A stretch of DNA of 38,423 nt from a virus (IMGVR_UViG_2778261634_000009:1-38423); one strand, 5' to 3'. Positions 1-8,190 are shown, counted from the stretch's first letter. Notes: a model not told the origin generated them from the letters alone. Numbers and translations: made by a program.

Positions 1-192
1 TCAGGAGCATTTCTGATTAACGCCACCGTTAAGAATCCACCCCTCAACAGCTTCACGAAGGTATGATTTGGGGTGGGTTCTGACTGGCTTCGGAAATCCG
101 TGCCGTTTGGTATAGTTCCAGATTGTCTGACGTGATGAAACACCGAGCTTGTTCATCACTTCTTTCTCAGGAATCAGGCTGGTATCGGTCAT
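1..192 (-). CDS. xis: excisionase / AlpA-family DNA-binding protein
   Basis: 63-aa ORF with the AlpA/Xis-type helix-turn-helix pattern (LIPEKEVMNKLGVSSRQTIWNYTKRHGFPKPV); position at the prophage left end next to the expected integrase. Confidence 0.65.
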   Translation of the reverse strand: MTDTSLIPEKEVMNKLGVSSRQTIWNYTKRHGFPKPVRTHPKSYLREAVEGWILNGGVNQKCS

Positions 193-222
193 CTTAATTC
201 TCCAGGCAAAAAGAAACCGCCA

Positions 223-390
223 TCAGGCGGCTTGGTGTTCTTTCAGTTCTTCAATTCGAATATTGGTTACGTCTGCATGTGCTATCTGCGCCCATATCAT
301 CCAGTGGTCATAGCAGTCGTTGATGTTCTCTGCTTCGATAACTCTGTCGAATGGCTCTCCATTCCATTCTCCTGTGACTCGGAAGTGCAT
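223..390 (-). CDS. hypothetical small protein (55 aa)
   Basis: Hand-translated ORF below the track threshold, ATG at 390 and TGA at 223, fills the gap between xis and the next gene; no recognisable domain. Confidence 0.3.
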   Translation of the reverse strand: MHFRVTGEWNGEPFDRVIEAENINDCYDHWMIWAQIAHADVTNIRIEELKEHQAA

Positions 391-484
391 TTATCATCTC
401 CATAAAACAAAACTCGCCGTAGCGAGTTCAGATAAAAGAAATCCCCGCGAGTGCGAGGATTGTTAGTTGCGCTCTGCTGCTGAT

Positions 485-769
485 TTAGCCATCAATATTC
501 ACCTTTATCGCGTACACCTTTAACGGTTTATCGCCGAAGTGGGGATGTGTGATTGTCTTTATTTCATATCCGTCATACGGAACATCAATTCTGCGGCTGG
601 AATCGTCGCGCTTCGGATATCCCTTTGTGATAATCAGGCGGTCATACTCCCGGAACATAATTCGCTTATTCCAGTAGTCATTACACAGGCGATACTCTTC
701 CGTTTTCTCTCCGCGAATCATGGCATCGAAGTATTCACCTTTAACGGCAAGTTGCAGGTTAGCCATCAC
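485..769 (-). CDS. hypothetical protein, possibly ASCH/PUA-like fold
   Basis: 94-aa ORF; N-terminal KGEYFDAMIRGEKTEEYR resembles the ASCH/DUF3850 signature as remembered; start overlaps upstream gene (ATGA). Confidence 0.5.
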   Translation of the reverse strand: MMANLQLAVKGEYFDAMIRGEKTEEYRLCNDYWNKRIMFREYDRLIITKGYPKRDDSSRRIDVPYDGYEIKTITHPHFGDKPLKVYAIKVNIDG

Positions 770-993
770 TCATCATCCTCATCCCAATCATCATCGTTGT
801 CGTCAACCGCCCATAACAGTGGGTTGGTACCTTTGCTTATCTGGCTTGCATATCCGCTACGTCCAAGGCTTCTCAACACGTTGTATATTTCAAACATCTC
901 AGTGCGTTCATCGCCAATGTCTAGCTGGCAGGCCAGTGCGTGACACTCTGAAGCGAGCGAGGCTAACTTTTGGAGGAATTCTTGTTTACTCAC
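766..993 (-). CDS. hypothetical protein with strongly acidic C-terminal tail
   Basis: 75-aa ORF ending WAVDDNDDDWDEDDE; overlapping start/stop junctions with both neighbours. Confidence 0.5.
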   Translation of the reverse strand: MSKQEFLQKLASLASECHALACQLDIGDERTEMFEIYNVLRSLGRSGYASQISKGTNPLLWAVDDNDDDWDEDDE

Positions 994-1796
994 GGATTCA
1001 CCTCCTGCGGTGGTTCTGGTAGCGGCATCCAGTGAGTTACGTCATCCAAGATATTTCCTGATAAATACGTGAAAGCTCTATATTTTTTGTAATCAACTGG
1101 ATTTACAACCCAGTTCCAATATGCGGCCACGATTTCACCTTGACTAAATGCCAGTAACATTTTGGTGTCTTCCGGCATTCGCTCACTACAGCTTATCCAA
1201 CCATCCGGAGTCACCGGAAGCGAGAACGGCAGCACATCTCTGTGAACAAGTTTTTGCTGTGACAGGTTATCCAGAACTTTCTGTACTGCTGCATCACCGA
1301 ATACACCAAGCGCATCTGCCATAACTCCTACAACCTGATAAGCCTCAGCGCATACCGTGGATAAACCATCCGGAATTACCGGAGAGTTGCCGGGTTCTTT
1401 AATGTGCAAGCGAGGCTCACCATCTTTTGGTTCAGGCCACTGGCGCTCCATGTTGATCTTCAATTTATCTTCCATAGCAGCGGTAATTTCAGCATCGCTG
1501 ATGCCAGCACGGCGCTGTGCATCCCACAACAGAAACTGCATATCAGCCCACTCGCTAAGATCGTCTGGTTCGGCTGCGGCTTCCAGTGCCTCTTTTGAGA
1601 GGTGTTTCAGTGGACCAATGGGGCCAACGCAGCCAAATGTGGAGTCAGACCATTTGGCATGCTCGTGGCGAATCTGTTCGCGTTCCAGTGATGCCAGTGC
1701 AATTCGTGCCAGTTCCATTTGTTCGCCACGGGTAAGCCCGTTTTCAAGCGGGGATTTAATGAACAATTCGATACGTTCTTTAGTGATAGTGCTCAT
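990..1796 (-). CDS. DUF551-domain phage protein
   Basis: 268-aa ORF; C-terminal motif WISCSERMPE...THWMPLPEPP is typical of DUF551 proteins of lambdoid early regions. Confidence 0.65.
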   Translation of the reverse strand: MSTITKERIELFIKSPLENGLTRGEQMELARIALASLEREQIRHEHAKWSDSTFGCVGPIGPLKHLSKEALEAAAEPDDLSEWADMQFLLWDAQRRAGISDAEITAAMEDKLKINMERQWPEPKDGEPRLHIKEPGNSPVIPDGLSTVCAEAYQVVGVMADALGVFGDAAVQKVLDNLSQQKLVHRDVLPFSLPVTPDGWISCSERMPEDTKMLLAFSQGEIVAAYWNWVVNPVDYKKYRAFTYLSGNILDDVTHWMPLPEPPQEVNP

Positions 1797-1797
1797 A

Positions 1798-2637
1798 TCA
1801 CTCTCCTTTGATGCGAATGCCAGCTTCAGACATCATATGCAGATACTCAACTGCATCCTGAACCCATTGACCGCCAATCCCGTAATAGCGATGCGTAATG
1901 ATGTCGATAGTTACTAACGGGTCTTGTTCGATTAACTTCCGCAGAAACTCTTCCAGGTCACCAGTGCAGTGCTTGATGACAGGAGTTTTCCCAGGATGGC
2001 GAACAACAAGAAACTGATTTCCGACTTCACGGACTTCGTTGCTTTTCAGTTCTGCAATGCGCTTCTCTGAGGCTTCCAGCTTCTCTCGCATATCGTCAAC
2101 GTACTCGACCAGAGAACCGCCAGCAGGAATTTCGCACTCCTCGACCAGTTGGAAGTAGATATCAGCTGCGGCCCGTGTGTTGCTATGCCTAGCGTCGCCC
2201 ATCTCACCTTCACGAAGAGCATCGCGTTCGGCGGTAAGATTGGCTATTTTGCTGTCTTTGCCTTCCAGCTCAACGCGCAGCTTCCCTACCGTTAGCGCAA
2301 TTTCCTCGTTCTCCTGATCGCGGCGTTTTATGTATTGCTGGTTTCTTTCCCGTTCATCCAGCAGCGCCAGTACGGTAGCCGGATTGGCTGCGGCGATGAA
2401 TTCAGCATTGGCCTGCTGTTCCATTTGGAAATCTTCATCGAAACCGCTTTCTGGATGCGCTCCTTCAATTCTGCAAATGGGAATATATCCAGCAACTTCA
2501 CGATGAATTAGCGCATCATCACCATCAAATCGGCTCTCTCCATATTCGAGCGACCACTCGCCACACGTTGCTTTTTCTGCCGCCTCTCGCAGTGCCTGAT
2601 AGTCAATCTTGCTCACTGTTTGCCTCCTTTGCGCCAC
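1798..2637 (-). CDS. Ead/Ea22-like protein
   Basis: 279-aa ORF; N-terminus [20 protein letters not shown] matches the Ea22-like family as remembered; coiled-coil-rich middle. Confidence 0.65.
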   Translation of the reverse strand: MAQRRQTVSKIDYQALREAAEKATCGEWSLEYGESRFDGDDALIHREVAGYIPICRIEGAHPESGFDEDFQMEQQANAEFIAAANPATVLALLDERERNQQYIKRRDQENEEIALTVGKLRVELEGKDSKIANLTAERDALREGEMGDARHSNTRAAADIYFQLVEECEIPAGGSLVEYVDDMREKLEASEKRIAELKSNEVREVGNQFLVVRHPGKTPVIKHCTGDLEEFLRKLIEQDPLVTIDIITHRYYGIGGQWVQDAVEYLHMMSEAGIRIKGE

Positions 2638-2813
2638 ATCGCATTCAGATATTTGTTTTGATTCACTGATGGAAAAGAATTTCTCTTAAGCAATTCCTCT
2701 CTCGATGGCATTGGCTTTACGCGTTGGCGAATAATCATTTCTGCCGGAAGAATGCCGGGATTGTATGCAAGTCCTCTCATGGTAAATTCCTCAGTCATTA
2801 CTGATAGCGCCAT
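2613..2813 (-). CDS. hypothetical small protein
   Basis: 66-aa ORF in the operon; overlaps the start of the Ea22-like gene by about 25 nt, start uncertain. Confidence 0.35.
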   Translation of the reverse strand: MALSVMTEEFTMRGLAYNPGILPAEMIIRQRVKPMPSREELLKRNSFPSVNQNKYLNAMWRKGGKQ

Positions 2814-3087
2814 AGCGTGAGCGGTAATTACGCAGGCGCGGGTCGATATATTCAGGGAATTTGTCTATTGTCGCTTTTCGCAACGGTCGCATTGCTGTTT
2901 CGTTTGTTCGGTCCCTCTCATCTTTTAACGCGAGCTGTATATCGCGTCGGTACATCCGTTCTGCTTTTGTTTCTGGTGTCAGGGCAAGAAACGTGTCGAA
3001 AATGTTTTTGATATTTTCCAGCACCTCCGACTTGGAGCTACCGGAGCAGTTGCGCGGGTCATCCGCACCATATAGAGGCGCTGGCAT
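2791..3087 (-). CDS. hypothetical phage protein
   Basis: 98-aa ORF in the minus-strand early-left operon, tightly packed. Confidence 0.5.
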   Translation of the reverse strand: MPAPLYGADDPRNCSGSSKSEVLENIKNIFDTFLALTPETKAERMYRRDIQLALKDERDRTNETAMRPLRKATIDKFPEYIDPRLRNYRSRYGAISND

Positions 3088-3110
3088 AATGGGAGCCTTA
3101 TTTTCAGTAA

Positions 3111-3698
3111 TCAGAAAGGAGGGTAATCGTTCTGGCTGTAACCATAATCATCTGCATGATTCTGGCTTACGTTTTTAGAGCGATTGTCTTTATCTTTGAG
3201 GCTGGCAACCATGTTGGCGATAGTTTCTGGTTGCTTGCCTTCCGCCTTTTCTTTAAGGGTTTGACCTGTTTGTGCAATAAACGGGATGCGTATTTCCATC
3301 TGGTAGCTGTCTGCGCCAGTCTTTTTGTTTGTGGTTAATACTTTCTGGAGCACTAACCCGATTTTCTTTCCATGAAATTCAGGTGCAACAAATTTACTGG
3401 CTGAAACCATATGTTGCGTTAATTGTCCAATCCCAGCACACCCCATCATGGCGTGAACGACATTTGCGCCAAACTTGTTTTCCGTTCCGTCATTTTTCTG
3501 AACACAGACGCTAAGATATTGGATTTTACGTCCGTCGTCGGATTCGCCAGAAAACTCAATAAATTTGGCTCCTTTTTCTGATTGCTTTAGTTCTGCTTCA
3601 GCAATGGTAATGATATGAGCGCCAGTTTCGTTAATAAAACCACCTTGCCCTGCGGTCAGTGCTGCTTCTTCGTTATAAGTAAAAATCACGTTGCTCAT
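3111..3698 (-). CDS. SSB-like / DUF669-type protein, partner of the Sak4-like ATPase
   Basis: 195-aa ORF immediately downstream of and overlapping the Sak4-like gene; C-terminus ends DDYGYSQNDYPPF, reminiscent of the acidic DDDIPF tip of SSB proteins. Confidence 0.6.
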   Translation of the reverse strand: MSNVIFTYNEEAALTAGQGGFINETGAHIITIAEAELKQSEKGAKFIEFSGESDDGRKIQYLSVCVQKNDGTENKFGANVVHAMMGCAGIGQLTQHMVSASKFVAPEFHGKKIGLVLQKVLTTNKKTGADSYQMEIRIPFIAQTGQTLKEKAEGKQPETIANMVASLKDKDNRSKNVSQNHADDYGYSQNDYPPF

Positions 3699-4375
3699 GC
3701 GGCGTTTTCCTTAATTTGATGAACATTATTGATGCCGTAGTAATCACAAACAGTGGCATCGACGAAAGAGAGATCGTTATCAATCTCATTGGAATCAAAC
3801 ATTCCCATTGGGGATTTAACAGTGTCTGCACCGTTGTTTTTCGTGGTGAAAAAGAACTGGTCATCGCGGGTAAGAGTGCGAAGAACTATAGTAAACATGC
3901 CTTCGACAGTGATTTTCTCGTCCAGCATTTTGCCGATAGTTTTCATTTTCACGCGCCCCATAGGGGTTTCTTCGGTATGTGCAAGAAAATAGACTCTCAG
4001 GTCATCAGGTGCATCCTGTGCAGCCTTAATCACCTCCCATGCGTGGCGGCCTATCTCAGTAAATTTATCAAACGATTTTTCTTCTGAGCGGCGCATAAAC
4101 TCATTGCTCATCACATACTGGAAGTCATCAACAATAACGATTCTTTTTCCGTATTCGTGAGCACGCTTAATTACAGCAACTATTACGTCCCATTTGTCAG
4201 TGGTAACTACGGTTCCTTTTTTTGCTCTGGCATCCCATGCAAGCCAGTCTTTTGATTTAAATGGTAGCGGCTTGCCTATTGGTTTTATAAGTATTGCTTC
4301 CTCTGGATTGATATTTCTCATGCTGGTTGATTTTCCGGTGCCAGATTCACCGAGTATTAATATCGCAGTTCCCAT
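3695..4375 (-). CDS. Sak4-like RecA-fold ATPase (phage single-strand annealing / recombination protein)
   Basis: 226-aa ORF with Walker A GESGTGKS near the N-terminus and hhhhDD Walker B (IVIVDD); sits where erf or bet lie in related phages. Confidence 0.8.
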   Translation of the reverse strand: MGTAILILGESGTGKSTSMRNINPEEAILIKPIGKPLPFKSKDWLAWDARAKKGTVVTTDKWDVIVAVIKRAHEYGKRIVIVDDFQYVMSNEFMRRSEEKSFDKFTEIGRHAWEVIKAAQDAPDDLRVYFLAHTEETPMGRVKMKTIGKMLDEKITVEGMFTIVLRTLTRDDQFFFTTKNNGADTVKSPMGMFDSNEIDNDLSFVDATVCDYYGINNVHQIKENAA

Positions 4376-4383
4376 AATTTGCC

Positions 4384-4584
4384 TCAGAATGGTAATTCGG
4401 ATGAGCAGGAAAGAAACTCGCGCTCATTCATGCGCTCTCTTTGTGCCTGCCATAAACAAAGTTGTTTCTTTGATTTATCTCCCGCCTTACGCCAGTAACG
4501 AGCCTCAGCAATGTGATATTCTCTTTTTAATCGACTTAACTCTGGAGTTTTCGCCAGTTCTACCGGAATCATTTTGACCTCCAT
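4384..4584 (-). CDS. hypothetical small protein
   Basis: 66-aa ORF between kil-like and Sak4-like genes. Confidence 0.45.
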   Translation of the reverse strand: MEVKMIPVELAKTPELSRLKREYHIAEARYWRKAGDKSKKQLCLWQAQRERMNEREFLSCSSELPF

Positions 4585-4682
4585 TTTCTGTAGGCTTCTA
4601 CGGCTTCACGAAACATCTTTTCATCGCCAATAAAAGTGGCGATAGTGAATTTAGTCTGGATAGCCATAAGTGTTTTATCCAT
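4569..4682 (-). CDS. kil: Kil-like host-killing (FtsZ-inhibitor) small protein; start chosen at internal Met with AGGAG upstream
   Basis: MDKTLMAIQTKFTIATFIGDEKMFREAVEAYRKW resembles lambda Kil as remembered; located directly downstream of cIII as in lambda; the ORF track extends the frame upstream to 4808. Confidence 0.45.
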   Translation of the reverse strand: MDKTLMAIQTKFTIATFIGDEKMFREAVEAYRKWRSK

Positions 4683-4815
4683 TTTTGGGAACTCCTGGCT
4701 GATTAAGTATGTCGATAAGGCGTTTCCATCCATCACGTAATTTACGTGTGATTCGTTCAAGTAAAGATTCGGAAGGGCAGCCAGCAACAGGCCACCCTGC
4801 AATGGCATATTGCAT
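4675..4815 (-). CDS. cIII: CIII protein (inhibitor of FtsH-mediated CII degradation)
   Basis: MQYAIAGWPVAGCPSESLLERITRKLRDGWKRLIDILNQPGVPKNG matches lambda CIII as remembered; AAGGAG Shine-Dalgarno 6-7 nt upstream of this ATG; the track ORF 4675..4917 is an upstream extension. Confidence 0.8.
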   Translation of the reverse strand: MQYAIAGWPVAGCPSESLLERITRKLRDGWKRLIDILNQPGVPKNG

Positions 4816-4997
4816 GGTGTGCTCCTTATTTATACATAACGAAAAACGCCTCGAGTGAAGCGTTATTGGTATGCATATAAAAAAGCCCTCACACTGGAGG
4901 GCAAAGAAGATTTCCAATAATCAGAACAAGTCGGCTCCTGTTTAGTTACGAGCGACATTGCTCCGTGTATTCACTCGTTGGAATGAATACACAGTGC

Positions 4998-5186
4998 TTA
5001 TTCGTCATGCATTTCAGGTAATTCTTCGTATTCGACGCCCCATACGTTTTCACACCAACTAACTCGCTCATATCTTTTACAGAAATCAGACCACATAACT
5101 TGTGTTCCATCATGGTTTGTTATTATTTCTGTAATATCACCAACACTAACAAAACTGGTATTAGAAGCAGTTATTTTTACTTTCAT
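4998..5186 (-). CDS. hypothetical small protein
   Basis: 62-aa ORF in AT-rich stretch of the early-left operon. Confidence 0.4.
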   Translation of the reverse strand: MKVKITASNTSFVSVGDITEIITNHDGTQVMWSDFCKRYERVSWCENVWGVEYEELPEMHDE

Positions 5187-5476
5187 TACTCATCTCCAAG
5201 AGCTTTGCTAATTGCTGACTGTGCTTTCGATACTTCATCAGGATAATGGTCATTCCAGTTTTGCTTGTATGCCTTGTTTAGCATCGCTTTCATGGCATTT
5301 AAAAGGTCAGGTGCTGCCGCTATTAGATTGGCATCTTCAATGCATTGAACTTCCTCACAGATTGCAATATACGAACGCCAGCCTGTGCCATTTTCAAGTG
5401 AGTCTGCCTGGATGATTTTAATCTCATCGCCATCCATCATTATTTCCCACTTACCTTCAGTACCTTTAAATTCCAT
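5186..5476 (-). CDS. hypothetical protein
   Basis: 96-aa ORF, early-left operon. Confidence 0.5.
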   Translation of the reverse strand: MEFKGTEGKWEIMMDGDEIKIIQADSLENGTGWRSYIAICEEVQCIEDANLIAAAPDLLNAMKAMLNKAYKQNWNDHYPDEVSKAQSAISKALGDE

Positions 5477-5515
5477 GTTAGCCTCTGTTGTTTATGCCAA
5501 AAATAAAGGCCACCA

Positions 5516-5767
5516 TCAGGCAGCCTTGTTGTAAATGTTGCAGGTATCAAGTAAGTAATTAGATGGAGCGCCATAAATTATGAATTCATCGTTTGTCGGG
5601 TCCATCTCCATCTCTTGGCCTATTGCCATTCTTGCGTCAGTGTCATCAGAGGCGAAGCATAAAACAGCCCACGCACCCATTGTTTTAAAAAGAACTGCAA
5701 TTGGCTGTGGTTTTACTGAATTTGCGTTAGCGCGAAAATCACAAATCGCACTTTCATGAAATTCCAT
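5516..5767 (-). CDS. hypothetical protein
   Basis: 83-aa ORF, early-left operon. Confidence 0.5.
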   Translation of the reverse strand: MEFHESAICDFRANANSVKPQPIAVLFKTMGAWAVLCFASDDTDARMAIGQEMEMDPTNDEFIIYGAPSNYLLDTCNIYNKAA

Positions 5768-5880
5768 ATATCACCCCTCATACAGTGGTTTGCTGCTTAA
5801 TTTAATTTTCTGGCGACCAACACAAGTCACACCCATTTCACTGCGTGGCTTGCGGTAGTAAATACGGTTATTTATGTAAT

Positions 5881-5903
5881 AAAAAACCCGCCTTAGCGGG
5901 TTA
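5881..5903 (-). terminator. intrinsic terminator immediately after the first pL gene (tL1-like)
   Basis: Minus-strand RNA reads UAA UAA CCCGC-UAAG-GCGGG UUUUUU: GC stem, 4-nt loop, U6 run, starting right at the stop codon. Confidence 0.6.
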
Positions 5904-6347
5904 TTATTTCTTTGGATTTAGCTTTTCCATGTTCTCTGCGATCGTACCTATTCTTGACCTTATTGTTGGAACATCAATTCCTCTCTGTATGTCTACATTT
6001 AAAGACATAAGCTCTCTGCTCCATCCTGCGATCGCATCGTGAAATTGCCTTGCCCTGCTTGCTTGTCTACGTCTGCTGCTTTCAAGCTCTGTAAGCATTT
6101 GCTTTGCTTCGATCTGAGACTTGCCTTGCCCAACTCCCAATGCATCGATTGCACATTGCTTCATCTCTGCTTTTATCAAAGGGTGAAGATTTTCAGCGCC
6201 AATAAAAATTACCTCGTCTATGCTTTTAAAAAGCAGAAGGCAATCAGTAACAACTTTGGTTCTTTTATCATCACACCTTACCTCTACCGAAGGTACGCCG
6301 CCATATTGCTTAACTCTCATTGCCGTATAAACTGTAGCACTCTTCAA
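5904..6347 (-). CDS. hypothetical 147-aa protein, first gene of the leftward early operon (N position), TTG start
   Basis: TTG start at 6347 preceded by AAGGAGG with 5-nt spacer; followed directly by an intrinsic terminator; no N-terminal arginine-rich motif, but an internal arginine-rich segment SSRRRQASRARQFHDAIAGW. Confidence 0.6.
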   Translation of the reverse strand: MKSATVYTAMRVKQYGGVPSVEVRCDDKRTKVVTDCLLLFKSIDEVIFIGAENLHPLIKAEMKQCAIDALGVGQGKSQIEAKQMLTELESSRRRQASRARQFHDAIAGWSRELMSLNVDIQRGIDVPTIRSRIGTIAENMEKLNPKK

Positions 6348-6504
6348 ATCAGCCTCCTTTTTCTTTTTCTATATCAAAAAGCTGCTTTGCTTTTTGTGAC
6401 TAAAAGCAAAAAAGCCTTCTCGCTAATGAGCAGCATTGCCGTTCATCCTGAACCCGCCGCGCTCCCGACGCATGGTTTAATGTCGCGCCGTTCGACATGG
6501 CTTA

Positions 6505-6538
6505 ACTATATCCAAAGCTATTATTGCTGTAAATAGCT
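6505..6538 (-). promoter_or_regulatory. OL operator and candidate pL promoter
   Basis: Inverted repeat AGCTATT-N9-AATAGCT at 6516..6538; on the minus strand a -35 TTTACA (6533..6528) and -10 TATAGT (6510..6505) with 17-bp spacing overlap it. Confidence 0.5.
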
Positions 6539-6630
6539 ATAGTTATAAAATAACTACTTTGGTTATTTAGTCATTGATATCTAATGTAATTTATTTTTCT
6601 TGTATGTGAGATTTGGTGTTTTTTGGGCAA

Positions 6631-6654
6631 TAAAAAACCCGCAAAAGCGGGTTT
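6631..6654 (-). terminator. intrinsic terminator downstream of cI
   Basis: Minus-strand hairpin AACCCGC-UUUU-GCGGGUU followed by U6, about 20 nt after the cI stop and before OL/pL. Confidence 0.65.
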
Positions 6655-6671
6655 GTTGTGGTGTGATGAGG

Positions 6672-7403
6672 TTAGTAGTCAACTACAGACCACCAGAAGA
6701 TTCTTCCGATGATCTCTATATCGCTTAGATTCTTTTCTTCTTGTGGGTATTCCAGTGAGTTAAAGCTTCTAATGCTTACCTTGTCAGGCCCTGATCGAAA
6801 GAGAATCTTAATGCGTTTCCAGCCGTTCTCGTTAATGGCGTAAATCTTTCCGTCAACTATTTTCTTATCGTTGGTGTTAACAGCAACTGTTGTTCCATCA
6901 GGAATGTTTGGCTCCATGCTGTTGCCACGAGCCGGAAAACAAACAACCCCGCTTCCATCACTGTTCGCGCCAACTCTGCGAAGGGTTGATTTGGAAAAGC
7001 GCAACATAAAGCCGTTGTGATCTTCATCAATCACCCGACCATCCCCGCATGCAAACTCAATATCTTTAAGGTAAGGAATTTCAACTTCATCACCTCTTAA
7101 AGGCGTTCCTCCATCCCATGGGTCCAAATATCCCCACGTGCTTTCATGAGGAATAGAAGATTTTGGATTATAAGGTTCAACTCCCTCATCACGCATTGGC
7201 CCAGTTCCATCGGAAAGCCATTCCGTACGAACTCCAAGCACTTTTGATATTTCAAAAAGTTTGCGCGTATTGCGTGTTTTTCCAGACGTAAGTTTCCAGA
7301 CGCTTGGCTGAGACATGCCAACAGCATTGCCAAGTGAAGCCTGAGTAAAACCAGCCTGATCCATCGCGTATGTAAGCCTTTGAGAAAAAGTATCTAGTTT
7401 CAT
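6672..7403 (-). CDS. cI: CI-type prophage repressor (N-terminal HTH, C-terminal LexA/S24-like autocleavage domain)
   Basis: 243-aa ORF; XRE-type HTH (FTQASLGNAVGMSQPSVWKL) at the N-terminus and a C-terminal S24 peptidase-like region; divergent from cro across an operator region. Confidence 0.9.
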   Translation of the reverse strand: MKLDTFSQRLTYAMDQAGFTQASLGNAVGMSQPSVWKLTSGKTRNTRKLFEISKVLGVRTEWLSDGTGPMRDEGVEPYNPKSSIPHESTWGYLDPWDGGTPLRGDEVEIPYLKDIEFACGDGRVIDEDHNGFMLRFSKSTLRRVGANSDGSGVVCFPARGNSMEPNIPDGTTVAVNTNDKKIVDGKIYAINENGWKRIKILFRSGPDKVSIRSFNSLEYPQEEKNLSDIEIIGRIFWWSVVDY

Positions 7404-7409
7404 TCGGAT

Positions 7410-7483
7410 AACCTATAGCTACAGCTATTATTAGTCAAATACCTAAAGCTATTTACTTTCTGAATAGCTTTGGCTATTATTCT
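7410..7483. promoter_or_regulatory. OR operator region with candidate pRM (leftward) and pR (rightward) promoters
   Basis: AGCTATT-N9-AATAGCT at 7447..7469 mirrors the OL site; additional GCTATTATT repeats; pR -35 TTTACT (7452..7457) / -10 TATTAT (7475..7480); pRM -35 TTGACT and -10 TAGGTT on the minus strand placing the start near the cI ATG (leaderless, as in lambda). Confidence 0.5.
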
Positions 7484-7511
7484 GATTGTGAATTCAGCAG
7501 GAGTTATTTTT

Positions 7512-7742
7512 ATGGTTAACAAGGCTATTAAAGCGGCTATTGACTCAGTAGGAAGTCAGCAAAAGTTAGCTGATGCCTGCGGTGTTAAGCAGCCGTCTGT
7601 ATGGGCTTGGTTGCATGGGAAGAAAAGGGTATCCGCTGAAAATGCCAAGCGCATTGAAATGGCTACCAATGGAAGCGTCCCTGCATACCTGATTCGCCCT
7701 GATTTATCCGCTTTGTTCCCCAATCCGAACAAAGCAGCTTAA
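7512..7742 (+). CDS. cro: Cro-type repressor
   Basis: Start at internal Met of track ORF 7470..7742, AGGAG 9 nt upstream; 76 aa with HTH (QQKLADACGVKQPSVWAW); divergent from cI. Confidence 0.8.
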   Translation: MVNKAIKAAIDSVGSQQKLADACGVKQPSVWAWLHGKKRVSAENAKRIEMATNGSVPAYLIRPDLSALFPNPNKAA

Positions 7743-7861
7743 TAAAGCAAATTTTTATACCGAACGGCCCGGTATACGGTCGGGTGCCCGGCGTGGTCAT
7801 GGATGACTGTCAATGGTGCACAATAAAAAACCAAATTATTTACCTATGGAAATAGTAAGAA

Positions 7862-8158
7862 ATGGAACAAACAAGTTACAGCAAACTATCACAGCGCGAC
7901 GTTGATCGCGCAGAAACAGATTTACTCATCAACCTGTCAACGCTTACCCAGCGCGGTCTGGCAAAGATGATTGGCTGTCATGAATCGAAGATAAGCAGAA
8001 CGGACTGGAGATTTATTGCTTCGGTCTTGTGTGCTTTCGGAATGGCATCAGACATCAGTCCGATTAGCAGGGCTTTTAAGTATGCGCTTGATGGACTCAC
8101 AAAGAAAAAACGCCCGGCGGCAACCGAGCGTTCTGAACAAATCCAGATGGAATTCTGA
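7862..8158 (+). CDS. cII: CII transcriptional activator
   Basis: 98-aa ORF whose C-terminus KKKRPAATERSEQIQMEF matches lambda CII as remembered; HTH in the middle; immediately downstream of cro. Confidence 0.85.
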   Translation: MEQTSYSKLSQRDVDRAETDLLINLSTLTQRGLAKMIGCHESKISRTDWRFIASVLCAFGMASDISPISRAFKYALDGLTKKKRPAATERSEQIQMEF

Positions 8159-8190
8159 GGTCATTACTGGATCAATCCACAGGAGTAATT

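Noticed and set aside
207-234. Terminator hairpin downstream of xis (CCGCC-ATCAG-GCGG)
   Set aside because: Stem only 4-5 bp, overlaps the stop codon of the small ORF and lacks a clear U-run; too weak to annotate.
539-1022. Plus-strand ORFs 539..943 and 720..1022 opposite the early-left genes
   Set aside because: Overlap antisense with minus-strand genes that form a tightly coupled operon; low-complexity Ser-rich translation; judged non-coding.
1357-1917. 186-aa plus-strand ORF opposite the DUF551 gene
   Set aside because: Antisense within the DUF551 gene, whose domain identity supports the minus-strand frame.
4675-4917. Long 80-aa form of the cIII frame and long 79-aa form of the kil frame (4569..4808)
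   Set aside because: The upstream extensions lack ribosome-binding sites and are hydrophobic or low-complexity; internal ATGs with AGGAG motifs give products matching remembered CIII and Kil lengths. The long forms cannot be fully excluded.
6348-6515. A canonical N gene or clear lambda-type boxA/boxB nut site between pL and the first gene
   Set aside because: Only a 32-codon ORF without ribosome-binding site and a weak boxA-like element with an AU-rich hairpin were seen; insufficient to call a nut site or N gene as a feature.
7097-7333. 78-aa minus-strand ORF inside cI
   Set aside because: Alternate frame wholly within the cI coding sequence; cI frame supported by HTH and S24 domain features.
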